Part shown: in pieces, positions 29,401 through 39,102 of the stretch
Layout: the number at the start of each line of letters is the position of its first letter
Position numbering within the stretch: position 1 is the first letter of the stretch
Origin: a phage
Sequence record: PZ534511.1
Direction: 5' to 3' (one strand)
Length of the DNA stretch: 64,000 nucleotides
Notes under the pieces: generated by a model
The model's database searches: none
What the model saw: only the letters and a program-made list of their open reading frames with translations
What the model was told of the DNA's origin: nothing
Translations under genes and position numbers: made by a program

Positions 29401-30322
29401 ATGAGGCTTCCGGGTAGATCTTGACCTCACCACAGACACAATCCTCACTCAGTGTCATTGTTGCCGGGCCATAGTATGCACCAACCAGCAAACCATACTT
29501 ACCAGCTACATAGCTGAGATCTGCGCCACAAGCTTTCAGCATTTCTGCCATAATACTTGCTGGGGCCTCATCCATATCGAACTCGCCATTAATTGTGTAA
29601 CGACGCTCGCTGGTTCCGTCTGCGTTTCTTACAGCCTCGTCGCATATGTTGGCAGCCTCCTTGAAGGACTCCCAGTTGATGGTTTCGTCAGGACATTTAA
29701 GGTACGTTCTTAAATAGTCCAGAATCACCAAGGCAGCGTTATTGGTATACACCTCTTTACTAGTGCGAGGATCATAGCATTTTTTACCAACCTTGACGAG
29801 TGTGACGTTTGGCAACCCAAAAGGAAACTTGTTAGGGTCAAACCTAAAGCTGACCCGTAGCCAACTGATCCCTCTACCTATCATGTCCGGTGACCACGAT
29901 GGGCAGTGTGTGCCCATGAAAGGATCAGAGGTTTTTCTATCGTTATGTAGCTCCCACGATACCAAATCCCCATACGAAGAAATAGGATTACCGTCGATAA
30001 GTATATCTTCTATACCTTCCAGAGGGTGATTGGCAAGAACAATAGCACAATGAAGGGTTCTGTCCCTGTCCTGCTCCAAAAACGCAAGCAATCCAGATGT
30101 ACGTGTCTTCCCATACACTACAGAGCAAGGTGCAGCAGAAGATCTGAGAAGCTTTTGTCTATCTTGCTGACTTCTGTAAGATTTGTTTCCCTCGAAAATC
30201 TTATCCAGAGTTCTGGTGGTAACAGTGTTCAGGCTGTCAGCCAGAGCTGCCTTGGATGCGTTCCAGTCATAACTTGAAGATCTTGCAGAAGCAACGATGT
30301 TATCAATCATTGCAATTGGCAT
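26483..30322 (-). CDS. Long tail fibre protein with FN3-like region and repeated coiled-coil shaft (1279 aa)
   Basis: Tandem ~50-aa repeats (NKATTDLLNQKT variants); C-terminal G-x-F-x-G repeats. Confidence 0.55.
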   Translation of the reverse strand: MPIAMIDNIVASARSSSYDWNASKAALADSLNTVTTRTLDKIFEGNKSYRSQQDRQKLLRSSAAPCSVVYGKTRTSGLLAFLEQDRDRTLHCAIVLANHPLEGIEDILIDGNPISSYGDLVSWELHNDRKTSDPFMGTHCPSWSPDMIGRGISWLRVSFRFDPNKFPFGLPNVTLVKVGKKCYDPRTSKEVYTNNAALVILDYLRTYLKCPDETINWESFKEAANICDEAVRNADGTSERRYTINGEFDMDEAPASIMAEMLKACGADLSYVAGKYGLLVGAYYGPATMTLSEDCVCGEVKIYPEASFDKRSNTITGRFTSPTKGYSETDFPSVFVPEWIEKDGERKIIDIDYRFVTSPYQAQRVSAIFLRRARAGRIIEVTCNMRGFKFKPGRYVTMNLPSIGIVGQEMRVLEWEFTKKGGVKVKLRQDAKEWNDATGQLPDSGNVDIPISPSGVAQPQNFRYSVLQAGEVTHGVLAWDNVGTYAQNIVQVRKNGEIVWTAQTVEQFVRVEGLTKGSYTATVVATSYKGGVSPEAYCEFNIQAPEAPVSVEVKQGYFAITLIPHSRDLASVSTQYDFWTSGMTRLPDTSDATVTSNATRMGVGSTWTSEGLQNDKVYYWYIRTTNAFGSSQFVECAARCYTSIEDLMPQIDAEFKKTETYKELMSTLDSSIEEVENRVTELNRYMDGRVDEAFQQLGDRIGAVVTETTQKFEDVNGNITALDRKLVAAQNKFTNDLNTESGRLASLIETTNKATTDLLNKKTEALDEKLVAAKGELVEQIGGVESGYLAGDKTLDGKINTQRTELDASILSTNQATVDLLNRTSETLDQKISQTNATVSKNYTTLDGKITTAKTDLNTLIANTNKATTDLLNQKTSALSEQITSARGEISTNKQAIDALDGKLTSTKTALDATISDTNKATVDLINGTASAIRQELAVAKQEIINDVGDVSELRAAVATTSKAVTDLEGKVNAQWGTKIQVDSAGNKYVAGIQLGMEGSGGQVQSYFMVSANNFAVYNPGNGTATLAFAIKNNQAFLKDAFIENGTISSAKIAQEISSNNYDGNGYHKYGWYINKNGHAQFMDVWVKGNINASSGNFTGAVNATSGTFRGDVYANNGSFRGTIDATGGTFRGRVEASVIRANQFEGAIVAHKTYGDCPPVYNSQQQVCRWRWRYVDNVQGQGKNVTFFFKLNGTLGGSQLNVWIAGHQLLAGKKYGNDNDGMCAVGITGLGEQTIDIIVEIYTRWSTSAITGVTISCPTVIVSRSNSSFQGPWNESHD

Positions 30323-30759
30323 TAATACCTCCAGACATCAACAACGATAGAATCTTTCATGTCGAACATAAAGACCCCTTTATCACCTTTAGCCCAAATC
30401 TGGTTGTTCCAGAACACACCAGCGGTGAGCCCGTTCAGACCTTCGAAAATGACAATATCTCCACGCTGAGCCTGTTTAGGAGTATCCAGCCGAGTCATAA
30501 AGAGATCAAAAATAGTAGGCAGGTGTGTGGTTTTGAAACGAAGCATGCACCATCTTTTGCTTTCCAACTCTGTTTTATACGTTCCTTCAAAGTTAGAAAG
30601 AAAATCTGTTCCGTATTGGGCATCAACACACTTAGCCGCAAAGGTGCAACAATCGTGGAATCCCCATTCAAAAGGTATGGTGGCCTCTTCGTCAAACACT
30701 TTCCACAATCTTTCTTGCCAATCCACTAAACGAGGATGTGTGCTCATTAAACCTCCCAA
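30322..30759 (-). CDS. Tail-associated protein, possible NlpC/P60-like fold
   Basis: EWGFHDCCTF Cys/His cluster; position before long fibre gene; weak. Confidence 0.3.
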   Translation of the reverse strand: MGGLMSTHPRLVDWQERLWKVFDEEATIPFEWGFHDCCTFAAKCVDAQYGTDFLSNFEGTYKTELESKRWCMLRFKTTHLPTIFDLFMTRLDTPKQAQRGDIVIFEGLNGLTAGVFWNNQIWAKGDKGVFMFDMKDSIVVDVWRY

Positions 30760-31313
30760 ATGATCGGGCGGCTCGCCACCTGATCCACATATTTAAAAAA
30801 TCTGTCGTTATCGTTTCTTGAGCTGTGGCTTTCCTCCGTGTACCGATAAGGAAAACCTCTTAACCAGCTGTTGAAGATGGAGGAGATGGATATGGACAAA
30901 GCACTATTCTCGCCTGTCTGAATAGCCATATCTGTTATAAGGCCGTCAAACAAGCCATTAGTTGTAACAGGCAGACCATTCTCCATAGCGGTAATGTACA
31001 ACGTGGCACGACAACCAGAATACTCCGTCTTCAGCAGATCACCCACATACTTAGGATCAAACCCGTTCAATGTCGCTACCACAGATCCGAAGTTGGTGGC
31101 ATCTTTCTCAGACACAGCAGTTAACGTTGCTGATCCACCTATCCCTATAAAATGTTGCCCCTCAATTACTACAACACCAGTGCCTGAGCACACCCTGACA
31201 GTTCCTGTCGGTAGCTCCAGCTTTGCAGCAATTAAGATCTCAACACCATCAAGCTCCAGCTTTTCAAGAAATAAATTATCTAATGGCGCTCTGATCATCT
31301 TAGAAATCCTCAA
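30747..31313 (-). CDS. Tail/baseplate structural protein
   Basis: Track ORF overlapping neighbours by 13-14 nt. Confidence 0.4.
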   Translation of the reverse strand: MRISKMIRAPLDNLFLEKLELDGVEILIAAKLELPTGTVRVCSGTGVVVIEGQHFIGIGGSATLTAVSEKDATNFGSVVATLNGFDPKYVGDLLKTEYSGCRATLYITAMENGLPVTTNGLFDGLITDMAIQTGENSALSISISSIFNSWLRGFPYRYTEESHSSRNDNDRFFKYVDQVASRPIIWEV

Positions 31314-31890
31314 AGAAGTTGATAACTATATTATCACCTTTTTGCATAGCATCGACTTTTTGCTTAATTTTATAAATATCTCTGATATGAAACCTACCCT
31401 TCGGAGATTGAGTTATTATCTTCATGGTGTCCCCTGCGGCAATAGGCTTTCTAAGTCTTGGAGATATGCCTATAACAGCAGACCCAACACCATCACTACG
31501 CACTGGAGCTGTTACCACTTTCAATTCATCATTGACAGATATTTTATCCCCAGCTCTAGCTATGTCTCTGTTTGGCTCCCATCCGACCGTCTTCAAAAAA
31601 TCGTCGTTACCAGTAGGCCCAAGGGCGATTGGCTCATTAGTTGTTACTGAGTGACCGTAAGTTTTAATAAGAAAGATGTTTCCATCTTTATACACCTGAT
31701 CAACAAAGCTCTTAAGCTCTAGCAACTGTGACTCGCTGATATTGGAGACCGTCAAAGTGCCTTTCCAGTTAGGTGTGGCATAGGTTACTTTTTGCGTTTT
31801 ACCTGTAAATGGACTTTTAAACGTAACAATATCTGCCAGCAGCTCCAATCTAATATCTGGAAGATATCTAGGCCTTTCCCATAAAAACAT
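31300..31890 (-). CDS. Tail/baseplate structural protein
   Basis: Track ORF; first gene after terminator. Confidence 0.4.
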   Translation of the reverse strand: MFLWERPRYLPDIRLELLADIVTFKSPFTGKTQKVTYATPNWKGTLTVSNISESQLLELKSFVDQVYKDGNIFLIKTYGHSVTTNEPIALGPTGNDDFLKTVGWEPNRDIARAGDKISVNDELKVVTAPVRSDGVGSAVIGISPRLRKPIAAGDTMKIITQSPKGRFHIRDIYKIKQKVDAMQKGDNIVINFFEDF

Positions 31891-31950
31891 TGTGCCTCCG
31901 GGTTAAACAATCATGATAGCTATTTTACCAGATTTTAAGTTAATACGCAA

Positions 31951-31982
31951 TACAAACAAAAAGCCCCCGCCGAAGCGAGGGC
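31951..31982 (-). terminator. Rho-independent terminator
   Basis: Hairpin GCCCCCGCcgaaGCGAGGGC (one mismatch) then TTTTTGTTTG. Confidence 0.5.
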
Positions 31983-31989
31983 AAAACAG

Positions 31990-34900
31990 TTACTTCAGTT
32001 TCTCTTGCAACCCAGTAACAACCTCTGTCAATTTTTTAACCTGCTCCTCAAGGGCGGTTATTTTATCATCTTGTTCTCTGCAAACCTGAACAAGCAATCC
32101 TGTTACAGCCGCATAGTCAACATTATAGAATCTTTCCTCGGTCATCAGAGGAATACCATCTTGAGTAGGACCAGGAACCTCTTTCCTTTTCACGAAAGAA
32201 CCAACCGCTTCAGGCAATGCTTCCATAACCTCTTGAGCAATTACCCCCGCGTGAGGCATACCATTCTCTTTTAGAGTGTAGGTATAGCCTTTCATCTTAC
32301 GGATAGCTTCCAACGCGTTAGGAATAACCTCTATGTTATCCTTCAGGTCACGGTCAGAGCTCTGGCTGACAGCGGTGCACTCTACTACGCCGTTGACAGC
32401 AAAGTACCTTGACTTGGCCTCATCTGTCTTAGCACCACAATGCCATACCCAACTGGCAGATGTAGCGTTGTCGTTTATCTGAAACTCAAGCACGTTCTTC
32501 CTGTCTGCGCCATTACCCCAGTAGTACATTCTGCCTGTATTAGAAGGCATGTTGGAAGTGTTGGTAACATCGGTCCCACCACCTGTATGTATCATGAACT
32601 CTGGGTCAAGATTGGAACCTGCGGTTTTAAGAGTAATTCCCTTACCACCAAGCTGCTGCCAAGGTCCCCATGTGAAAACACTACCTATTGTTGTTCCATA
32701 ACGCAGGAATTTTTCCCCAAGATATGATATATACTCCTGTACGCAACTCTCTGGAACATTGGCGTAGTTCCTGTACACGATAAGCGTACCTGCCCGGGAG
32801 CATGGGTAGTTTCTATCAGGTGTGGCTTGAGCATTGGCCTCCTGATGATAAAAACCTTCCCTATCCCCTTTGTAGTCGTTAAGGTCATTAATCCCCAGAC
32901 CTTGCCCTCTGTGTTGTATGACCTTGTTCCACGCTCTATGGTTACCACCCTCGATAGATCTGGTGTATAACTGATCAAGGCGTCCAGCCATTTGGAAAGC
33001 ATAGTTTCCAGAGAACGCCACAGACAGTCCACCAACAACCATCGAGCCTTCTGGTCCGTTAACATTACCCGCCATTATTTTTGACGGGTTATTAGACCCA
33101 AACTGGTTGTTCCAGTCTCCACCAGTATGACATACAAAACCACCAGGGGCCGAGAAAGTACCGTCTTTGTTGAAATTGTAGAATCTGTGAGCTGTGCCCA
33201 CAACATCGCGAACAATAACTTGACCAGCTTCTGGGGTAGATCTGAACTCTGCCTGACCTTTGAGGCCAGCACCATTACCGCATTTAGAGGTAAACGTACC
33301 GTTAGTTAGATCCTCTGTTCCATCTGATGCACACTGGAATCCTGCATTAGAGAATAACGCCTTTCTAGGGCTGCCATAGCACAAATAGTCAATACCGTCA
33401 GCCCATAGTTCGACTTTAGGCATGTTCATTTTGCTCATCACCGCATAGCGTTCAGCAGTGCCTATATAGTGCCACTGTGTGCCGCCGCCAGTGTAGAACC
33501 CAGAGGTACCTTTGAAGTCAACAATAGGTCTGGTGTTGGTATTGTTATCTCCAAGAACAGCAAGATTCAAATCTGCTGACTGGAGAGGCGCAACAAACTT
33601 AACACCGTCCTGATTGTCTGTTACAGCTCCGACCTGGTAATCTTGCTCTCTGGTAAACACTTCTACAACATTTCTACTTGCGTATACGCTGACAGGGAAA
33701 GCACGAGCCTCTACATAGAAAGCAACATACTCTTGTTTACCCCTTGTTGGAGCAACCATCCCAAGAAGTGCTTTTTCATTCTGGTAGAAATTTACTACCC
33801 CGTAGAAAGAGTCTCCTCTGTCTGTCCAGCCCCCAGTTCTGTAATGGCACTGCAGAGTAGCGCAGTTCATAGGGTCACTGCCGGATGACGATCTGGTAAC
33901 TATGGTAATATCAGTACCAGTTGCTGGAGCATAGTACGGATCTGTTCTAACGATGATTGGGTAGTATTTCCCATCTTCCATCCCTGCAGTTCTTGGCAGT
34001 GTTAAGAAATCTTTGACACCCGCAGCTATAGGAACTTTGAACAGATTCTGAGCATCTGCCAGGGTTGTAGCCCCAGTGCCACCTGCGGCGTGAGATAAAG
34101 GTTCCCACTTGGCCTTCCGGTTGTTATAAACACCCCATTCCAGAGTGCCGTTACCGGACTCATCCATCCCACCATCCCAGACGACCATCTTGGCGGCTTT
34201 CTTGGACCCCCAGAAGCCTCTTTCTGCTCCTGAACTACGAATCCACTCTCCAAGTCCCCAGTTTGTCAGCTGACCAGTAAGATCCCCAACCTGCATGTAT
34301 TTAGGGCAGTCTAACACGCCGTCTTCGCGTAAACCTAAATATCTATGAGTTTCAGATCCTTTTGCACCTTTGTGCAGGTGGATTGTCAACCAAGCCTTAT
34401 TGTCGTTTCTTACCTCAGAATAGATCCTATATCCATGCTCAAGGACACCGTCAGTATTATATTTATCTCCATGGAGAATACCTGAGGCCGATTTAACATC
34501 TCCCGAGTATTGAGCTAAGTAAAGGTGCCCGAAGGCTGGCGAGTTGTTTTTACCAAGGCCAATATGAGATCTGAAGGTATCATCGTTACGAGGTCTGACC
34601 ATCGGCTGCCATGCAGTCCACTGATTTGTGTTGGCCTGATAGGTTCTCAAATACCAAACATCTACGTTAGAGAATGGATAGTATTCCTGACGACAACCTG
34701 TACCGCCGTTAGCATTGTTCTGCCAAACAATCAAGTGACCAGCACCAGAACCTGCAGGGTAACCATTTGCCTCAGTTGCATTAGCAGTCATCGGCTGGTA
34801 GTATATACCATCCTGATTACCAGTCAAATTATTGATATTGAAATTTGCATCAAGCGCAGCACGCTGCTTATAGAAAGCACCGATATTGATACGGACTCCA

Positions 34901-35790
34901 GCGGCATCTCTAGCCCCTGTGCCGCCTTGCTCTATAGCAAGAGGTTGCCACGAAGCTGTTTGTTGGTTCCACATACCCCAACGGCCTGTTGCATCAAGCT
35001 GCAAGTACCCTGCCGTATTTAAATCATCTCCAGCACGGATAACTGTTCTTGTTGGGTTATTTGTCTCTAGGCGTTTAAATTCATCACGAAGTGCTATTCT
35101 TTTTGTTGTTGCTACACCGTTGGTTACTGCAATGGTGTACATAGCTCCGGTGGTAGCGCCACGGAAAATACCATCAACAGTTGTAGTATCACGACGAGAT
35201 ACCACACCGTTCAGAAATTTTTCACCAGCTGCTACAGAAGGGTAGTTGGTAGTTCTTCCCTCTTCAATAACTGCAGGGCCAACAAAGTTATCAAGGTGAA
35301 TAACATCGCCTACAGTGTGCACTGTACCAAAATCTACACGCTGTGCAAGTGCTTTAGCATCGTTAGCTGTCTGAACAGTAACATCCATTACATCCTGGAC
35401 AGACTGCCCTTCGGCTGTCATGATCATAGATGCGCCAATGGTAGATTCCAGCTCCTCCCTTAGGGACGGGTCAGTATATACCATCCATGCAGCGTCAGTA
35501 ATCCCACCATCAGCGTACGGTGAAGACAGTGCAGGAACAGTGTGTGGAAATTCGCCTTTCCAACGCAGGTAGAGGTCTTCCTCTTCGAAGTAGGCAAAAT
35601 CCATTGGGCCGTTTAACTTACCACCTTCCTTAAAGGAGATTACATGAGAAACAGTCCCATCCACATGGACAACATCGCCAATTTTTACACGACGAGTCAG
35701 GTCTGGTTGTTGAACAACCAGGTAATCATCCTCTGTCACTGCGGTAGTGGCAGGAAGAGATTCAATTCTGACAACTTTAATATCAGCCAT
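31990..35790 (-). CDS. Tail fibre/tailspike with C-terminal intramolecular chaperone (peptidase S74-like) domain
   Basis: C-terminal SSDRDLKDNIEV motif and trailing coiled coil; N-terminal anchor domain shared with 38425..39093. Confidence 0.6.
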   Translation of the reverse strand: MADIKVVRIESLPATTAVTEDDYLVVQQPDLTRRVKIGDVVHVDGTVSHVISFKEGGKLNGPMDFAYFEEEDLYLRWKGEFPHTVPALSSPYADGGITDAAWMVYTDPSLREELESTIGASMIMTAEGQSVQDVMDVTVQTANDAKALAQRVDFGTVHTVGDVIHLDNFVGPAVIEEGRTTNYPSVAAGEKFLNGVVSRRDTTTVDGIFRGATTGAMYTIAVTNGVATTKRIALRDEFKRLETNNPTRTVIRAGDDLNTAGYLQLDATGRWGMWNQQTASWQPLAIEQGGTGARDAAGVRINIGAFYKQRAALDANFNINNLTGNQDGIYYQPMTANATEANGYPAGSGAGHLIVWQNNANGGTGCRQEYYPFSNVDVWYLRTYQANTNQWTAWQPMVRPRNDDTFRSHIGLGKNNSPAFGHLYLAQYSGDVKSASGILHGDKYNTDGVLEHGYRIYSEVRNDNKAWLTIHLHKGAKGSETHRYLGLREDGVLDCPKYMQVGDLTGQLTNWGLGEWIRSSGAERGFWGSKKAAKMVVWDGGMDESGNGTLEWGVYNNRKAKWEPLSHAAGGTGATTLADAQNLFKVPIAAGVKDFLTLPRTAGMEDGKYYPIIVRTDPYYAPATGTDITIVTRSSSGSDPMNCATLQCHYRTGGWTDRGDSFYGVVNFYQNEKALLGMVAPTRGKQEYVAFYVEARAFPVSVYASRNVVEVFTREQDYQVGAVTDNQDGVKFVAPLQSADLNLAVLGDNNTNTRPIVDFKGTSGFYTGGGTQWHYIGTAERYAVMSKMNMPKVELWADGIDYLCYGSPRKALFSNAGFQCASDGTEDLTNGTFTSKCGNGAGLKGQAEFRSTPEAGQVIVRDVVGTAHRFYNFNKDGTFSAPGGFVCHTGGDWNNQFGSNNPSKIMAGNVNGPEGSMVVGGLSVAFSGNYAFQMAGRLDQLYTRSIEGGNHRAWNKVIQHRGQGLGINDLNDYKGDREGFYHQEANAQATPDRNYPCSRAGTLIVYRNYANVPESCVQEYISYLGEKFLRYGTTIGSVFTWGPWQQLGGKGITLKTAGSNLDPEFMIHTGGGTDVTNTSNMPSNTGRMYYWGNGADRKNVLEFQINDNATSASWVWHCGAKTDEAKSRYFAVNGVVECTAVSQSSDRDLKDNIEVIPNALEAIRKMKGYTYTLKENGMPHAGVIAQEVMEALPEAVGSFVKRKEVPGPTQDGIPLMTEERFYNVDYAAVTGLLVQVCREQDDKITALEEQVKKLTEVVTGLQEKLK

Positions 35791-35794
35791 TCTT

Positions 35795-35821
35795 TCTCCT
35801 GAAAGGGGGCAAACAGCCCCC
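35795..35821 (-). terminator. Terminator/attenuator-like hairpin
   Basis: GGGGGC-aaaca-GCCCCC with short T-run overlapping next gene RBS. Confidence 0.35.
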
Positions 35822-35825
35822 TATG

Positions 35826-38423
35826 TTAAAGGTACAATCCACGGTATTGAGCATAAAGACCCAGACCGCGAAGGATTTCGCCAGAGTGATAGCCAACCGG
35901 ATCAGAAACTGCCCAGCAGCCGTTTAAAATATTATCCCCATTAATGAAGTGGTGCTTTTGCAGTAGCTTCACACAGGCTTCTACAACAATATCTATTTGA
36001 GGTATTGTCTCTGAATACCCGCACAGACCTAGCCAGCAGCAACCTGCAAGCCATTCACCTACCACCCACATCCTGTCCCCTCTGTCTTGATAAGAGTATC
36101 CCCCAGAGGTGTTAAAGTCTGTAGGCAGATTTCCTGAATGAGATGACTGGAATCTGTTGAGGAACCATGCCCATTTCTGGCAGAACAGGAACAGTCTTTC
36201 ATCAACAGGTTCTTTATGTTTCTTGAGCTCATATATTGTGCGGCACGCAGCAACAAAAGATCTTGACTGGAGCTTAGAGTTATCTACCATCTCCCACCAA
36301 CCAGTCAACCCTTCATTGCCTCTCTGCCATACATAACGTGAGGCAACTGGACCCTCTGTCCTAAATGTATTATTATACCAGACTTGAGCGTCATACAGAA
36401 AGCCTATTGTATTTGACAATCTATGGCGATCTATGTTTTCTGCACCCATGCAGTAGACTGCTGGGTATTGCATGCCAGGGTAGGGCCAATTTGGCTTTTC
36501 CTCTAAGAGATAGTTTTCCTTATCTATCACCTTTCCGGCAGGGAACACACCCGGTGTGTGCCTGTATGCACCTTGCTTGTAGTTTCTGACATAGCAATCG
36601 CCAACCTTAGCGGTTGATTCTGTCTTGCTTGCCATCCACACGCTAAACCAGATTAGATAAGCATCCCTATCTGCAATATAGAATTGCGGCAGCGTGTTGA
36701 CGCAATACAGATCAAACAAGCCATTACCTATCTGCCTGTCGCTTAGACTGAAATCTACAGAGGTTAGTCCCTTAGGATTAGCAAAGAAAGGTTTAATCTC
36801 TTCTTCGGTGTGATGAGGTTGTGTCGGATCTAGTTTGAAATCTCCTAGAGTAAGAGTTTCTGTTATCCATTGTCCATTGGTGGCATATAGATCAGCATAC
36901 CATAACCACCTGTCTTTGTCAAGAAATTTGACCCTTACCATCTCATCATCTGATCGATAAGTTACTGAGTTTAAAGAAATCTCTCTTCCAAAATTGAAAG
37001 TTACTTTACCTCTTGCTATATTACAACGGGTGAAGTTGTCAGAGTGGTTGTAAATGTCGGTATCATACTGCATACTAACACTAGCACCACCGCTTACGGC
37101 AATGTTTTCCTCTTTAGGTAAGAGATACGGATTACCGTCTTTACCAACCACCTCTACGAAATCGGTAACCTTGGCAACTATTTCTGTTACCTCTGCCCTT
37201 CCAAAAGGAACCCCTATCCTGTACTGTTTTTTGTTATTGTTGCCATCATTAAGGATGAAATGTGGCTGGAACAGAACCCCCTCTCCTCCGAAATTCATAA
37301 CAATTTCAGCATCTCTGCCTATTTTGTATGTAGTCCCTTTTTGGATTATTTCGCAAGGCTGGCGTGCGTTCATTCTAAAATTGATATACCCGTCACTGTC
37401 CCTGCTCATGACAGGAACTGTTCCTGCAACAAGACAAGTACCATCTGTAAACGGTGCCTTAATCAACGTGGTCTTTCTAAACAATTTGTCGTAGGCGTTT
37501 ATATCACTGAAATTAAGCAGTTTGTTGTAAGACTGTTCAAACGCGGTGTAATACTTTTCCTCACCTGTCAAGGTGTAGAGTTGATAACAAGCGTCACACC
37601 ACATTTCTTCCCCGTCCAACTCTGGGGCCTGATTATCTGCAACCACGTTTATAGGATTTACAATTACAGGGGATCCTGCAGGTATCACCGATCCACCCTG
37701 CTCCTGAGGTAATCTTACACAATAGGTCACCTTGTGGCTGCCTGTAACACCCTTATCTTGTAATTGGATTGTGCCGAACTCTACAGACGTATGACCACTG
37801 TCGGCTATGCTACCGTTAGCCCAATAGCGGTTACCATCCCATGCTATGTACCACTCAACCCACCAACTTAATCCGGATGTTGTCCAATCTGGGTTAGCAT
37901 CTGTGCCACCGTAAACATCAGAGTCTACAGTGTTTCTTCCTAACACACCGTTATACGCTTGGAATGCCTTGTCCAGGTATTCCCCCCATGTCGGAGATCC
38001 AGCTGGGATTTTTCCTCTACCGTTGGTAAAAGACACCACCACATCTTTAAACCCACCGTGTGATGGAACCCCATCTGTGGATAGAGGGTAGTGGGACAAT
38101 CTTTGCATTTTACTTTCTACGGCATATGCACCCAGAAGATGACTATTGTAAGCTTCCCAAGCATCTTTTGCCCTATCCAGATAGAAATCGCTTTTCGATG
38201 CCCTGTATGCTTCAATGTATCCCAGAATCAACACAGCTTGGGACTCATGCATTGCCCAATCGTTATTTATCTTATTACCTGCCCACCCTGCAGCTATAAG
38301 ACCATCAGGGTTTACTAGCTTATTTTGTGTAGGTGTGTTGGTAATACCTGTGTTGTTATCGAGGCACTTCCTGTGCCCCTCAATCATCTGAAATACGTTA
38401 TCAATGTTGTGTTGAATACGCAT
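35826..38423 (-). CDS. Tail-associated protein (865 aa), possible glycan-degrading domain
   Basis: Large ORF in baseplate/fibre region; aromatic-rich; enzymatic function is speculation. Confidence 0.4.
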   Translation of the reverse strand: MRIQHNIDNVFQMIEGHRKCLDNNTGITNTPTQNKLVNPDGLIAAGWAGNKINNDWAMHESQAVLILGYIEAYRASKSDFYLDRAKDAWEAYNSHLLGAYAVESKMQRLSHYPLSTDGVPSHGGFKDVVVSFTNGRGKIPAGSPTWGEYLDKAFQAYNGVLGRNTVDSDVYGGTDANPDWTTSGLSWWVEWYIAWDGNRYWANGSIADSGHTSVEFGTIQLQDKGVTGSHKVTYCVRLPQEQGGSVIPAGSPVIVNPINVVADNQAPELDGEEMWCDACYQLYTLTGEEKYYTAFEQSYNKLLNFSDINAYDKLFRKTTLIKAPFTDGTCLVAGTVPVMSRDSDGYINFRMNARQPCEIIQKGTTYKIGRDAEIVMNFGGEGVLFQPHFILNDGNNNKKQYRIGVPFGRAEVTEIVAKVTDFVEVVGKDGNPYLLPKEENIAVSGGASVSMQYDTDIYNHSDNFTRCNIARGKVTFNFGREISLNSVTYRSDDEMVRVKFLDKDRWLWYADLYATNGQWITETLTLGDFKLDPTQPHHTEEEIKPFFANPKGLTSVDFSLSDRQIGNGLFDLYCVNTLPQFYIADRDAYLIWFSVWMASKTESTAKVGDCYVRNYKQGAYRHTPGVFPAGKVIDKENYLLEEKPNWPYPGMQYPAVYCMGAENIDRHRLSNTIGFLYDAQVWYNNTFRTEGPVASRYVWQRGNEGLTGWWEMVDNSKLQSRSFVAACRTIYELKKHKEPVDERLFLFCQKWAWFLNRFQSSHSGNLPTDFNTSGGYSYQDRGDRMWVVGEWLAGCCWLGLCGYSETIPQIDIVVEACVKLLQKHHFINGDNILNGCWAVSDPVGYHSGEILRGLGLYAQYRGLYL

Positions 38424-38424
38424 C

Positions 38425-39093
38425 TTAGATAGCTCCTGCGATAATCAGTGCCCCGTACCAAGTTAACCCGTTGTCGTAGGTTTCCAACTTGAAAATATCT
38501 GTTGCACCAGCTGTAAATGTTAGGATAGGATCTCTTCCGTAGGACCATTTAACATTACCAGGCCAATAGACTTTGTTGCCGCCAGAGGTCTGAGTAATGC
38601 ATACGGTTATAGTCCTCGCCACCCCTTCAAGACCTTCTGTTTGATTTTCAAAAGAGATTGTGGTATTTGAAGTTAGTCGAACCTTAAAGGTATCCGCAAC
38701 TTCAAGATCCATATCAAGCTGACCACCGATAGATCCGTAATCAACTATTCTGCCAGAAGAAGTTGCAGCAAGCTCACCAAAAACAGACCAGGCATTTGCA
38801 GACACACCCCCAGCACCCTCTACAGTGGAGTCTGGGAGGATTATTTTAGGATAATCCCCGTTCCACGTGTAGTAGCGCTTAGTTTCTGGATCATAAGCAA
38901 AGTCCTTCTTGCTCTTAAGATAACCACCCTCTGTGAAATAGACTATCTTAGTGATGCTAAGATCGTTGACAACATCGTCAATCTTAGCCTTTCTTGTCCC
39001 ATCAGTCTGGTTGACAACCAAGAAGTCATCACTCAGGACTGTTTCTGCATCTTCAAGATCTGGAATTGGTATTGTAGGATAAGCTACAGCCAT
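38425..39093 (-). CDS. Short fibre/adaptor protein with tailspike-type N-terminal anchor domain
   Basis: N-terminus (DFLVVNQTDGTRKAKIDDVV..FTEGGYLKSKKDFAY) parallels N-terminus of 1266-aa fibre. Confidence 0.45.
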   Translation of the reverse strand: MAVAYPTIPIPDLEDAETVLSDDFLVVNQTDGTRKAKIDDVVNDLSITKIVYFTEGGYLKSKKDFAYDPETKRYYTWNGDYPKIILPDSTVEGAGGVSANAWSVFGELAATSSGRIVDYGSIGGQLDMDLEVADTFKVRLTSNTTISFENQTEGLEGVARTITVCITQTSGGNKVYWPGNVKWSYGRDPILTFTAGATDIFKLETYDNGLTWYGALIIAGAI

Positions 39094-39102
39094 GATTTCT
39101 CC

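Noticed and set aside
26483-31890. Reading 196/188/145/1279-aa genes as a lambda-like M-L-K-J tail-tip module
   Set aside because: Gene order and sizes are suggestive, but the locus also has sheath, gp25-like, gpV-like and baseplate J-like genes, and no J-specific motif was recognised; generic tail/fibre calls kept.
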